DNA of 63,915 nt, from positions 170,581,812-170,645,726 of the forward strand of contig NC_068982.1 in the NCBI RefSeq assembly GCF_001194135.2, read 5' to 3'. The stretch comes from Octopus bimaculoides. Its lineage: Eukaryota. The number at the start of each line of letters is the position of its first letter. Positions within the stretch are counted from its first letter, which is position 1. Below the pieces are notes generated by a model. It did no database searches, had not been told where the DNA came from, and saw only the letters and a list, made by a program, of their open reading frames with translations. The position numbers and the translations under genes were made by a program. Of the stretch, positions 52,771 through 63,915 are shown in pieces.

Positions 52771-55477
52771 TAGGTCTGGGATAAAATAAAATAATTATTT
52801 TCATTTTTTAGAATCAAAGTTTATAACGATTTTTTTAATATAAAGTTAAGGCCACTCACTTTGAGGAAGGGCTACAATTCGATTAGATCAACCCAAACCC
52901 AAGAAAATTCTAAAGACAAAGTTGAATCTGGAAGGATTTGAATTCAAAATATAAAGGGATAGGAACTAGATACAAATTATCGTTTTCTCTTCCTATTACT
53001 CAATATAAAAAAGCAAAAAATATTGCTGCTCTTCAATTTGTTGCATAAGAGTTTAATTATCGAAAATATTTCGTTGAATATGTAAATTGGAAAAGAAATA
53101 TATGTATCGATAAGCACTCTCCACTATTTTTTCAACTGAAGCAGAAATGATTCAAAATAACCAATTCTTACTAGATGAAAGTACAAAATATAAGGTACGT
53201 CACAACAAGAGATCCTGTACGCGATTGCTACATGTGCTACAAATAGCAGCCAGAGTATCTTTTTATAAAATCTTATCGCCTTAAATAAGGAAACGACAGT
53301 GTTTCTAATTAAAAACAGACTTTAGAGATGCCTGGGATGCGCTTGATCATAGGATTAATCATTTAGGCCTGAAATTGGTCTCTGAAGAACATAACAAATA
53401 TGTAGTCCAAATGTAAATTAGTTTCTATGTTTCGTTGAGCAGTCAATACTAATACCTTGAGAGATTACAGGTTAACACTTTTCACTTAGATTTCTATACA
53501 TGTAACAAAGCTAAATTATCTGAGAATCAAAGAGGAACATGGTTCAATTATTCTCTCTGAGTAAAACGAAATAGATCGATGGTAAGATCGAAAAAACCTG
53601 TCAGAATCATAATGAAGGTAAAGTATGAAAGATAAATTTGATGAAATTAATGTCAAAATAATCTTTATTCAAATTGCAATTCTGATGGTGTTTGAGGTGT
53701 ATAAGTATTTCATTGTTGACCAAAATACGCACAAACGAATATAGTTTTGAAAATTTATTTAGATATATAAAGTATGTTGAAATTTTCGATAATCCATGAA
53801 TACGTTTCATGTAGATTTGTGTAAAATATTCCCATTGCTAACAAGAAAAATTACTTCTGCTTTTTTATTTTAAAGGGTTTTTAATTATTTTCATGGGGCC
53901 TGAGTTGTCATTCATGTATGCTTTTCCCATTTATTTTATACATTTTTCATCTCCTTGTTTTCTATGGATAATTTTCTTCCATATTTCAAAATTGAAATAC
54001 ACATATTTACATTCAGCTCATAATCTTTCAGAATTTCATGAAGTAGATTGTTATTCATAAACCTATGATCTTAAGCTTAAGTAAATATCAAAATGAGAAA
54101 ATTGACAGCTCTGATGAAGATAAATATTCTATTGTCTATGCAACTATATTCGTTATGGCAAATTTTTTTATCTTGCCTATTCGCACCTATATTTTGTCAT
54201 TTTCAACGTATTTCCCACTCTTAGAATTGTTTATTAATCACTTTACACTTATGTCTTAATTATCATCGAGGTTTGTGTTTTTTGTTATGACTTCACTTCC
54301 AATTTGTCGTCAATGACATTCTTCTATTACTTGTGGCTTATATTGGTCATTTTGTTTTATGTATGTTGGTGCTACTGATGTTAAATTACATTACTATGTA
54401 CTTTATAAGTTATTTATTTTATTTATACACGTTTTAAAAAAAAACCCAAAAACCCATCATTTATTATCGTTGTTGTCATTTGGAGATTACATTAGATTAT
54501 GATTAGTTTGATATTTCTGTTTTTGCTATTATTTACTTTGCCGTAGTGGTTGTTAATTAATTTAATAACAAAACACCTTCTACTTCATAAAAAGAATAAA
54601 AAGAAAACCTACAGCGATTACAAAGGCTTCAGCGTTAATAGAGCAACAATATCAGTAGCAGCAACTTCAGTAATTAAGGCTATAACAACAAGAGCAAAAA
54701 ATAAAAACAAGAAGTACAACGGTAAAAACAACAGCTACAACGACACTATTATTCATCTGACGTTAGCAATTCAATTTGAGGAACATTAGAATAATTCCCA
54801 TGGTTTCATACTACTGCAATAGTCACCTCTGATTCCTCTACATAGAAATCGGTATTAACAACGATCCTTGCATGAAAGGATTAATTAATTCGCCAAAGAA
54901 AATTGAATAAATTTTTCAAGAAAATTTAATTTTTTCTCCTCGTGCTTTCTTTATTGTTTTGTTTACTTTTCTCTATGCAAAGACCCTAATTTCAATGTAA
55001 TATCGTGCAATAAGTTACATGAACCCAACGTGTGTCTCGATTTCTTCTCGTAATTGACAGTAAAGCTATTATCACTCAAAGACTACGTGTTCATTTCAGG
55101 AAGAGGACGTAGTTTTTTGATATTCTACAATCTCATGCAAGCATTGCATTGTACATGTGTGCATATAAGAATTTATTACAGCTTTAGGATTCCGTCGTTC
55201 AAACAATGATGATATGGCTGGTTTACTGGCAGGGAGAAGGAGAGAAACACGAAGAGAAAGAAAACAAGAAATAGAGAGAGTATGAACATGTGAGAATAGG
55301 ATGGAAACACAGAAAGAGAAAAAAGAGAAAGGAAAGAAAAAGTGATAAAGAGAGGCAAGGAAATTGAATTGTTTTACAGACGCACTAAATTTTGCCACGT
55401 AGAAGAAAAGTTAAGATGCTAAACTATTAATGCTATTAAACGATTATGAAACAGATATCTTAAATATTTCGAAGATG

Positions 55478-55479
<2 letters not shown>

Positions 55480-55524
<45 letters not shown>
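55480..55524. repeat. (CTA)n microsatellite
   Basis: Read directly from the sequence. Confidence 0.98.
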
Positions 55525-55974
55525 GGTACTTACAAAGTAATTAATACTAACAATAGCCATCCTGGTTATAGCTTCTACTTAAATTAGGTGGCGGATAAAA
55601 ATCAGTTCAGAATATATTCGAATCTGTCCACAAGAAACAGCTCCTGTGTGCAACAGACAGGATTTAGAAAGGTAGGATGGGATTAGAGAAGGTAACTGGC
55701 GAACCAATATGGATCGATTGACTGAGGTTTGGTTACGGGTTCGTTTTTTAAAACATTATGACTGACAGGTAACATAAATAGAATAATCTTAAACGAAACT
55801 AGAAATGATTCTGTTTGTGTCAAAGTTGTTTAGATATACAAAAAAAGGTTGGAAATACATAGTCCATAGATACGTTTCTCAATTTTATGTGCACATTGGC
55901 ACGTACACAATTATAAACGAACACGTAATCTTTGTTTTAATCGAATGAATCTACTCCAATACTTATTTCTTTTG

Positions 55975-56531
55975 TTATGCCAGGTACTTATTATATCGGA
56001 CTCTTGTGCCGAACCGTTAAGTTAACGGAACGTAAACACACCAGCAGGGGTTGTCTAGCGGTGTTGGAAGACAAACATAGACAGAAACACAAGAACACAC
56101 ACACACAAGTATATATATATATATATNNNNNNNNNNNNNNNNNNNNNNNNNNNNNNNNNNNNNNNNNNNNNNNNNNNNNNNNNNNNNNNNNNNNNNNNNN
56201 NNNNNNNNNNNNNNNNNNNNNNNNNNNNNNNNNNNNNNNNNNNNNNNNNNNNNNNNNNNNNNNNNNNNNNNNNNNNNNNNNNNNNNNNNNNNNNNNNNNN
56301 NNNATATATATATACATATATATATATACACATACATACATACATACATACATACATACATACATACACACATATGACGGTCTTCTTTCAGTTTCTGTCA
56401 ACTAAATATTCCCTTACAAGGCTTTGGTGGGCCCGAAACTATAATCTAAGACAGCTGCCCAAGGTGCCACGCAGTGGGGCTGAACTCGGAACCACATGTT
56501 TGGGAAGCAAGTTTCTTACTAGACAGCCACG
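55975..56531 (-). mobile_element. tRNA-derived SINE family 2 with internal microsatellite (spans a gap)
   Basis: tRNA-like head at 56440-56531 (minus: ggctgtctagtaagaaacttgcttcccaaacatgtggttccgagttcagcc), internal (TA)/(CATA)n, and a 3' body matching 5045-5250 and 40700-40930. Confidence 0.8.
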
Positions 56532-56589
56532 CCAGAGAGTTGGAGCTGTGCTGGGGGCAACACTGTTAGTGTTGCTACACCTTCACTAC

Positions 56590-57400
56590 TGAAAACATCC
56601 TTTGATGTGTGGTATTTGGTGAGAGAAGGAGTTTGATGTTTCTGCCCTCATCGTCGTTTCCTGATGCGGATAGTTTCATCCGGAATTCTTTACAGAAAGA
56701 GACCTAATATTGTTTTGAATCCACCTACATCCACCCCATATAGGACTCTCAGGCTTTTGGGGAAGATGCTAAAGCTGTTTCAGTATCTGGTCTTGTAAAT
56801 TGATGGATATGTTGGGATCCTTCGTACTGATTTTCCATATCTTTCGCTCTTTCGTTTCAGGGATTAGAAACTTAGGTTTTTCAGCTTCTCCCAATAGCTG
56901 TTATGTCGTATTGAGGAAAATTTCTTTGTACAGCTTCGATGGATTCCATCGAGTTCCACTGTTCATTTCAAACTGTATGGTGACCATAGTTGAGAGCAGT
57001 TATCTAAACGGCTGAGGACAAGTGTCATCCAGGAAACCATCATGCTTTCCTGTTCCCTCGCTTTGAAAGTACTTAGGTGGAATGCGGTCAGCATTTTATT
57101 GCCAACTAAGTAATATGTACCTGGGAAGATACCTCATTACTCATGGCCAATGGCCAGGTCACGTGCCGGTTTTGATTTGGGGATAGCAATCAATCATAGG
57201 CCAGTGTATCGTGTCTGCATTTCATTCAGCTTTGAAAGCTGGTAACGCAGAGATTGAAACTTTACAGCATTAAGCAGCCTGTTGTTCTCTTCAGGCTACC
57301 TGTATATTGCTCCTAGCTCCTGTTACAAGTGTGCAATGCCTCCAGGGTCCTATATGCTCTGAGAGGCTTCATATTTGGTGGATGAAATTGATCTCGGAAA
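56590..57400 (-). mobile_element. Decayed CR1/L2-group LINE, RT C-terminal portion
   Basis: Minus translation TFKAREQESMMVSWMTLVLSRLDNCSQLWSPYS...HRSCTKKFSSIRHNSYWEKLKNL...FPKSLRVLYGVDVGGFKTIL matches the LVxxxLDYCSxxWSP / SYxERLxxL motifs. Confidence 0.8.
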
Positions 57401-57477
57401 TCACTAAATAATTAAATAATTATCCAAAATTCTGACAACCTCCTTTAACATATAAAATCTGTACAAATAATCTACAC

Positions 57478-57526
<49 letters not shown>

Positions 57527-58387
57527 CATAGGTACTAACACGCACGGGCTGACGCACATACAGACACACATACAGACAAGCGATATAAAACTACACGGAA
57601 TCTTGGGCCTCCATCAGACCGCCCGTGACACCCTTAAAACCGGGAACATTTCTGCACACTCTTGTATCATGAGTTTGGTATTTGTTTTAAGTACCTACGA
57701 TGCCAATGTAGCCGCGAGCAGAAGTAGACGCCTTGTCGACTCTTCACCTCTTGAATCAACACACCTGGAGTGAAAGCAAACTTCATCGACTGTGTAAAGC
57801 GGTACGAGCATCAATCGTTCCTTGAATCGAACCCATGATCTAGACCTCAATGCAACAACCACAAGTCTACTACGTGTCAATGTATTTTTTTTTGTATTAC
57901 CATTCCAGGATAAGGTATTTGTATTTGATGTCGTGAACGACATCTCTAATACATCTGCGTACAATCTCTTTTCGCTATGTTGTGGTATGCGTGAGTGTTT
58001 TCTCACCAAGATATCTTTCATTCTTATTTCTGATCAAAGGTATTGAGATTTTTTTTCTACGTAAATAAGGAAGAAAAGAAACAGAAGAAGCAAATGAAAA
58101 AACGTGATTACATACATGCTGATTAGTTGAAGCAATACTCAAATTGGTATAAGTTTCTTCTAGTTCCATTAGAGCTTTTCTCTTCTGCATCCATATATAA
58201 ACGTATAGGCGCATATCAATGAACATATACAAATTCCATACAAATATCTAATACGTGGTAATAAGTATATACACATCAGGTCGTTATAATACACACAAAT
58301 ATGCAATTTTAAACATAAAATATACATTTAACGACATAGATTATTACATGAACATGCACATGCCCACACACTGACGCACATACACAT

Positions 58388-58449
<62 letters not shown>

Positions 58450-58620
58450 GAGGTACACACTCAAAGACGCGGATATATATAGCAGATAGCCTTGTAAATA
58501 TTCTTTGCATCTATGATATACTTCAGGAGAAGGTAGTATTTCGTACATATTTGGAGGCAGTCACTAACGATATATATGATATCCTCCACGCAGATACAAA
58601 TTTTATATAAATAAAATTTT

Positions 58621-59213
58621 ATATATACACGGCGAATATTGCTGAAACTGACGCATCAGTTTTAAGAATTCTCAACCGGCACTTTTCGGATGATAATGGT
58701 CCCTATTAGTGCATAATGTCTTCCTTCATGTACGTTAACTACAACATTAGAAAGGTTCAGCTCTTATTTCCAGCAATGTATCTGCTTTCTAACATTCTAG
58801 TAACGTGTAGTAGCACTTGTAATTCTCCTTTTTTTTTGTAAACATTACAAATTGGTGTTTATATCAATTTTTTATATACACATTAGCGAGTCGCTAAGTC
58901 ATCCAATAATTTGGATGACAAAAACATAAAAACTAATGGCGAAGTGAGTCCGGAAAGAGTTGAACAAACGAGCGCTCTTAACTGATGAGGCAACGGATAT
59001 TGCTGAAACTGACGTCAGTATTAAGAATTCTCAGTCGGTACTTTTCGGACGATTATGGTCCCTGTTAGTGTATATGTTTTCATTCACGTGCATTAACTAC
59101 AGCATTAGAACGATTTAGCCCTTATTTCTTGCAATGTAGGTGTTTTCTAACACCCTAGTCACATTTAGTGAGAATCACAAATCTCCTTTTTTGGTGAAAC
59201 ATTGCAAACTGGT
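58621..59213 (+). mobile_element. Tandem ~359-bp non-coding HHR-bearing repeat (retrozyme-like, family A), about 1.6 monomers
   Basis: gctgaaactgac recurs at 58641 and 59002, followed by about 200 bp of alignable sequence. Equivalent cleavage positions are after 58661 and after 59020. No ORF. Ends in (TG)n. Confidence 0.75.
58976..59026 (+). ncRNA. Type I hammerhead ribozyme, family A (complete core, loop-less palindromic helix III)
   Basis: tcttaa-CTGATGA-ggcaa cggata ttgct-GAAA-ctgac gtcag-TA|ttaaga. Stem I is 6 bp and perfect, stem II is 5 bp with one G-U, helix III is the palindrome CTGACGTCAG, cleavage triplet GUA (cut after 59020). Confidence 0.9.
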
Positions 59214-59595
59214 GTGTATGTGTGTGTATGTGTGTGTGTGTGTGTGTATGTGTGTGTGTGTGTGTATGTGTGTGTGTGTGTGTGTGCGTGCGGGTGTGTG
59301 TGTATTGTATATGTATGTACTCTATGTGTAAGAACTAAATGCGTATGTTTGTGACGATATTGGTAAGTAGACTTGCTGCCAGGTACCTTAGTTATTAACA
59401 GGGCGTTATAGAACCATTTTATACCGAAGTGACCACACCCAAAAATTCCATTTCTTTGTTATTGATCTACTTAATTCTTCTTCCTTTTTGCGCGCGTGTG
59501 TGTGTATGTACAATTATATGTGTCTTTGTGTTTCTCTGCGTGTATGTATGTGTATGGACCTATGCTTTTGAGTATATGTTTATGTGTGTGTACGT

Positions 59596-59630
<35 letters not shown>

Positions 59631-59642
59631 CACATGCACCCC

Positions 59643-59685
<43 letters not shown>

Positions 59686-59697
59686 CACATGCACCCC

Positions 59698-59732
<35 letters not shown>

Positions 59733-60235
59733 TTTATGTATGGGTCTATGTATATGGATTTTGTTTGTCGGGATGTTAGTGTTTGTATGTATGATGTATG
59801 TTTGTACTTAAACGCTCGCTATTTACACAGAGAATAACACACTCAAAACTATCAGTTTGAAAACAGCTTTGAAGCAGGAAACTCCTAACAGGGACACCTT
59901 TTCTAGACTTATAAACATATAATTATTAAAGTAGGAAAAATTATCAGAAAAGCCATTTCTATTCATTTTTTCAATTATATAACACTGTACCAAGAAATTT
60001 CTATTTCATATTGTACTATATATATACATGCATATATATATAAATCTCAATATATATACATGTACAAATGCATATATGCGTACATACATACGTACACATA
60101 GACACACATACGCACATATGTACGCACATACCGCTTTTGATCTTACTGCGTGGAAATTTATGCATGTGCCTTTTATATTAATATCGATTTGAGTGATAAC
60201 TTTCGTCGAAAGAAAGCGTATATGACATAGCCTTA

Positions 60236-60275
<40 letters not shown>

Positions 60276-60479
60276 TTACTCTCTCTATTTCTCTACATCT
60301 GTTTGTCTCTGTCTATATATAGTGGGTAGTTTAGCATAACTCGTATAGCACTCAGTGTCCGGGAGGTGCCGATTCGAGTCCCATGGTTGTCTACTGACAA
60401 CATTTTCCGTCATGTATGAATAAAATACATCATTCTTTCTGCAGTTTTCACAGCTATACTGTATTCGAAATATTACTTG

Positions 60480-60620
60480 TAGGTGCAGGTAAGAAGTATG
60501 GTAAGAAGCTTCCATCCCACCCACATAGTACCGAGTTCAGTCCTACTATAGCCTCGAGCCGACCAAAGCCTTGTGAGTGGATTTGGTAGACGGAAACCGA
60601 AAGAAGCATCTCGTATATAT
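60480..60620 (+). mobile_element. SINE family 2 5' part (internally deleted), abutting the family B HHR module at its (TA)n
   Basis: ggtaagaagctt..gagttcagtcctactatagcctcgagccgaccaaagccttgtgagtggatttggtagacggaaac. Confidence 0.75.
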
Positions 60621-60813
60621 ATGTTAGAGGTAATACTTGATAATTGTAAGCACCTGTGTATGCCAGATCGTGGCCGGGGTGAAAGAATAAATTGGAAACG
60701 TAAAAATAAAAACAAAACACAACGGATTCTGCGGTACACGTGTTTCAAGCTTTATAGTTGTTGCATCATTATTGGTATATAATTGATAGTATAAAGCTAT
60801 CTTCAGCCGCAAA
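60621..60813 (-). mobile_element. Family B HHR-bearing Penelope-type terminal module
   Basis: HHR followed on the minus strand by a U-rich tract and ending at (TA)n. About 165 bp are shared with 14419-14582. Confidence 0.55.
60728..60813 (-). ncRNA. Type I hammerhead ribozyme motif, family B
   Basis: Minus strand reads tttgcgg-CTGAAGA-t agctttata...tataaagct t-GAAA-cacgtg-TA|ccgcaga. Stem I is 7 bp, stem II is 9 bp, helix III is the palindrome CACGTG, triplet GUA; the first stem II position is U/U. Confidence 0.75.
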
Positions 60814-62573
60814 TATATTCTTTCCCAAGAATTATATCACAAAGAAGAAATTAAAAGAGGGAGAAACATGAGAGATAAAAGGCGAGAGTCCACTTGGTAT
60901 TGTCCATTGTACTATACCTTATAGAATGTTTAATTTGATATATTTACATAAAAGTTCATCGGTACTCCGAAATCTGTCCATATTGTGCCACAATTCAGTG
61001 TAGTGTGAATGCTAAATAAACAATACTAGCTTATATGAGCTAGAAGGAGAGCGTCAAAACAGGGAAGAAGTTGATGGTTAAAACAATATATAAAAAAAAT
61101 AAATAAATAAAATAAAAGATATAAAATACTAAGAATAAAAATACACAGATATTCATACAACAATAATAGATTTGACTTTGATTTGAAGAAACCTAGCCTG
61201 GTACGTATTCGATCGGGTTACCTCTGTTCCATACTAAGGTATGGCGACGTAACCAAGCTAAAGGAGATTTTCAAGCAGATATAACTACATAGTCGCAAGC
61301 GCTTTTATGTATATGTACACATTTGTACGCGCGCGTACACATATGGAGGCATTACTGGACGCACAATATAACTGGCTAGGGAATAAAGAAGATTGAGTGT
61401 ACTATTTATAATTTTTAAAGCTCTACGAAAGAAAAACATTTCATATGAAAGGTGTAGCTATATGTGATTTACCACAGGCAAAACACAAACCGAATTGAAA
61501 CTCATGTATCACACGAAAAGAAGTTAAAAAATACTCCACTGATATCATGAGATCTGCCCGGTCTTATCCATTACATAATTGTAAACCCTGCGTTAACAAC
61601 TCACCGCAATACATGCGGACTAAATGACATTATAACTCTTGAACAAGAATTTGTGAAGCGTCAGCTTAAAGTATTAATGAATGCTATTGTTCCAAATGAA
61701 ACACAAAGGCGCTAATAAGGAATTATAGAAAATCCTCAATAAAAAACATCAAACTGAAACATAATTGCATTTTCTGAAATGTAACGGTTAAAAGCAAAAC
61801 TGTTGCTTTGTTACACGCACACACACACAAACATCCACACACACATCTACATATTTACATACAAACACACAGCCATACACGTATGAGTAGGTATGTATAT
61901 GTGTGCGTGCTTATTAGTATGGCTTGCTTAGTGTAAAGAAAAAACGGTGTTAGTTATGGTAGAAGTATAAATATTTAAGCTGTATTCTACTCCTATCCAT
62001 ATTTCTTTATGAATATACATAGAATACGTAGTGTTTAGTCCCACACGTGTTTCAATAGATATGTATACAAATAATAAGCATATAAGACTGTAGTAAAGTC
62101 TGAGACCGATATCATAAACTAAATACGGAATACAATCTAAGAAATGAATAAGTAAATGAAACAGTAAAATGAAAACAGTAGGTGAAGGGACGTGGTTTAG
62201 TAATTATGGGTATGTGGCTCTATATGGGCATTTCGATTTCGTGAAATAAAGCAAGACGCTTTATTTTACATTGCTTCAGTTCACTCAATTGGCAAACATT
62301 TGTAGTAGCTGTAATTCAAAGGGACCAGCATTGTCACTTTCTGTATCACATTCAATCTCCCTGAGATCTACAATAAAGGTGCACGTGTCTGTAGAGTTCT
62401 CAACTGCTTGCACGTTAATTTCAAGGGCAGGCTTTTCCGTTGAATTGGCACATAAGTACACATACACGGTCATTCACATATACATCCATATACATACAAA
62501 AGCTCGGATACATACACAGAGAGAGACACACCCCATATATGCACATACTCACATACGAGTATGTGGGTATGTG

Positions 62574-62614
<41 letters not shown>

Positions 62615-62819
62615 GATTGGACAAACGTCAGCTGTTAGTAAATCAAAACCATTTAATTCCAAGATTTATTTATGTCTAACAACCGAAAGAATTTAATAAA
62701 AACATCTAAATATAAAATGTCATGAAAATTGTTCAAACTGATGTCCTTCTTCAGTGACTTCCATTCAAGTCGATACAGAATTACAGATAGTATTTATTGA
62801 ATTTACTGATTTACTGTCG

Positions 62820-63130
62820 GGTGACTTTTGGCCAACCTGGAATTAATGACATTTTCAGCTGAAATAGGCATGGAATTCGGCCAAAAGAAATGTTCATATT
62901 TGCTTATAGAGCGAGGAAATTCCGTCCCTAAAACTCAAAACTTGTGCATCATCGGTGACTCTATCTTCCTCATTCCACACATAGAATGTTAAAAGTGCCT
63001 AGATTTTGGTAGTAAATGCTTAAAGGAGAATCTGGATAAACAGGAATTTTCAGAAAAAAGAATTAACCGGTTGATTCGTACATTACCTGTCAAATCTGTG
63101 AGTGGAACAGTAAAAAAATATGCGAGGCTT
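62820..63130 (+). mobile_element. R4/Dong-like RT fragment
   Basis: From 62846: MTFSAEIGMEFGQKKCSYLLIERG, matching the FSxDIGMEFGxxKC motif of this clade. Confidence 0.7.
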
Positions 63131-63260
63131 TTGTCAAGTTCGAAATGTGAATTTGTCTGTGTTAACTACATCCCGAAGATGGAGCCGTGTATTTTTGTTG
63201 GAAACCGGCTCCATCCTCAGTGAAAGATATATAACAATAAAAAAAAAATAGAAGAGGCAC

Positions 63261-63324
63261 CCATCCATCCATCCATCCATCCATCCATCCATCCATCCAT
63301 CCATCCATCCATCCATCCATCCAT
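63261..63324. repeat. (CCAT)n microsatellite
   Basis: Read directly from the sequence. Confidence 0.98.
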
Positions 63325-63331
63325 CAATCCA

Positions 63332-63378
<47 letters not shown>

Positions 63379-63582
63379 TACTGTTCTGTGATGGTAAGAC
63401 CAACGAAGAATGTACTTCATCTGGTGAGAGCATGTCAAACAGTGTTTTCAACACGTCTAGCGTCTTTGCACAATCGTCAGAAATTGCTCAAGACATCAGA
63501 TGTGTTAAAAACAACATAGTATGGCATACTCGTGGCACATGGAACTAATACTAGCACATAAAACTCATGTTTTGTCTATTAA

Positions 63583-63623
<41 letters not shown>

Positions 63624-63915
63624 CCTATCTATCTACCTATCTATCTATCTATCTATCTATCTATCTCTTCTCACGGACGTGCTGTCACATCGGCTGCGAA
63701 GGTAAACGTTTATTTGACCTTTTACTGTCCACATTTTGTTGGAATTTTTAAATAATTTTGTTGCGAAGCACCTAGGCTTCATTTGTGTGTATTTTCAAGG
63801 GCAGGAATTGACCCCCAGGGGCAGTTTCGGCCCTAGCAAAATACAAAAATTTCCTTCTTGACATTTGCAAAATGTCGAGAAACATAATTTTGGAACGCTT
63901 GTCTTGTTCTTTTGA

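Noticed and set aside
60443-60486. Plus-strand exon candidate ending CAG|GTAAGA
   Set aside because: The donor lies inside a SINE head.

Overview
Gene-poor, AT-rich eukaryotic (metazoan) genomic DNA from a draft assembly, with about 17 N-gaps that mostly abut microsatellites. The SINE and MITE repertoire resembles that of Octopus; this is recalled resemblance, not a database hit. Nearly all ORFs in the supplied track are artefacts of N-runs or (TA)/(CA)/(TATC) microsatellites. No intact multi-exon gene or intact transposase/RT was found; the best host-gene evidence is one 45-bp candidate exon at 36.8 kb. The window holds decayed mariner/Tc1 transposons (a nested cluster at 20.6-23.8 kb), R4/Dong-like and CR1/L2-like LINE remnants, Penelope-like ends, many tRNA-derived SINEs and MITEs. 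The main unexplained signal is RNA-level: several unrelated type I hammerhead ribozyme (HHR) motifs. One family sits in non-coding tandem monomers of about 345-360 bp at two loci (27.7-28.2 kb minus, 58.6-59.2 kb plus) plus a decayed third copy (33.5 kb). It shows palindromic helix III, compensatory stem changes and internal hairpins, the architecture of non-LTR retrozymes that yield circular RNAs. Whether this family is already described in cephalopods cannot be determined here.
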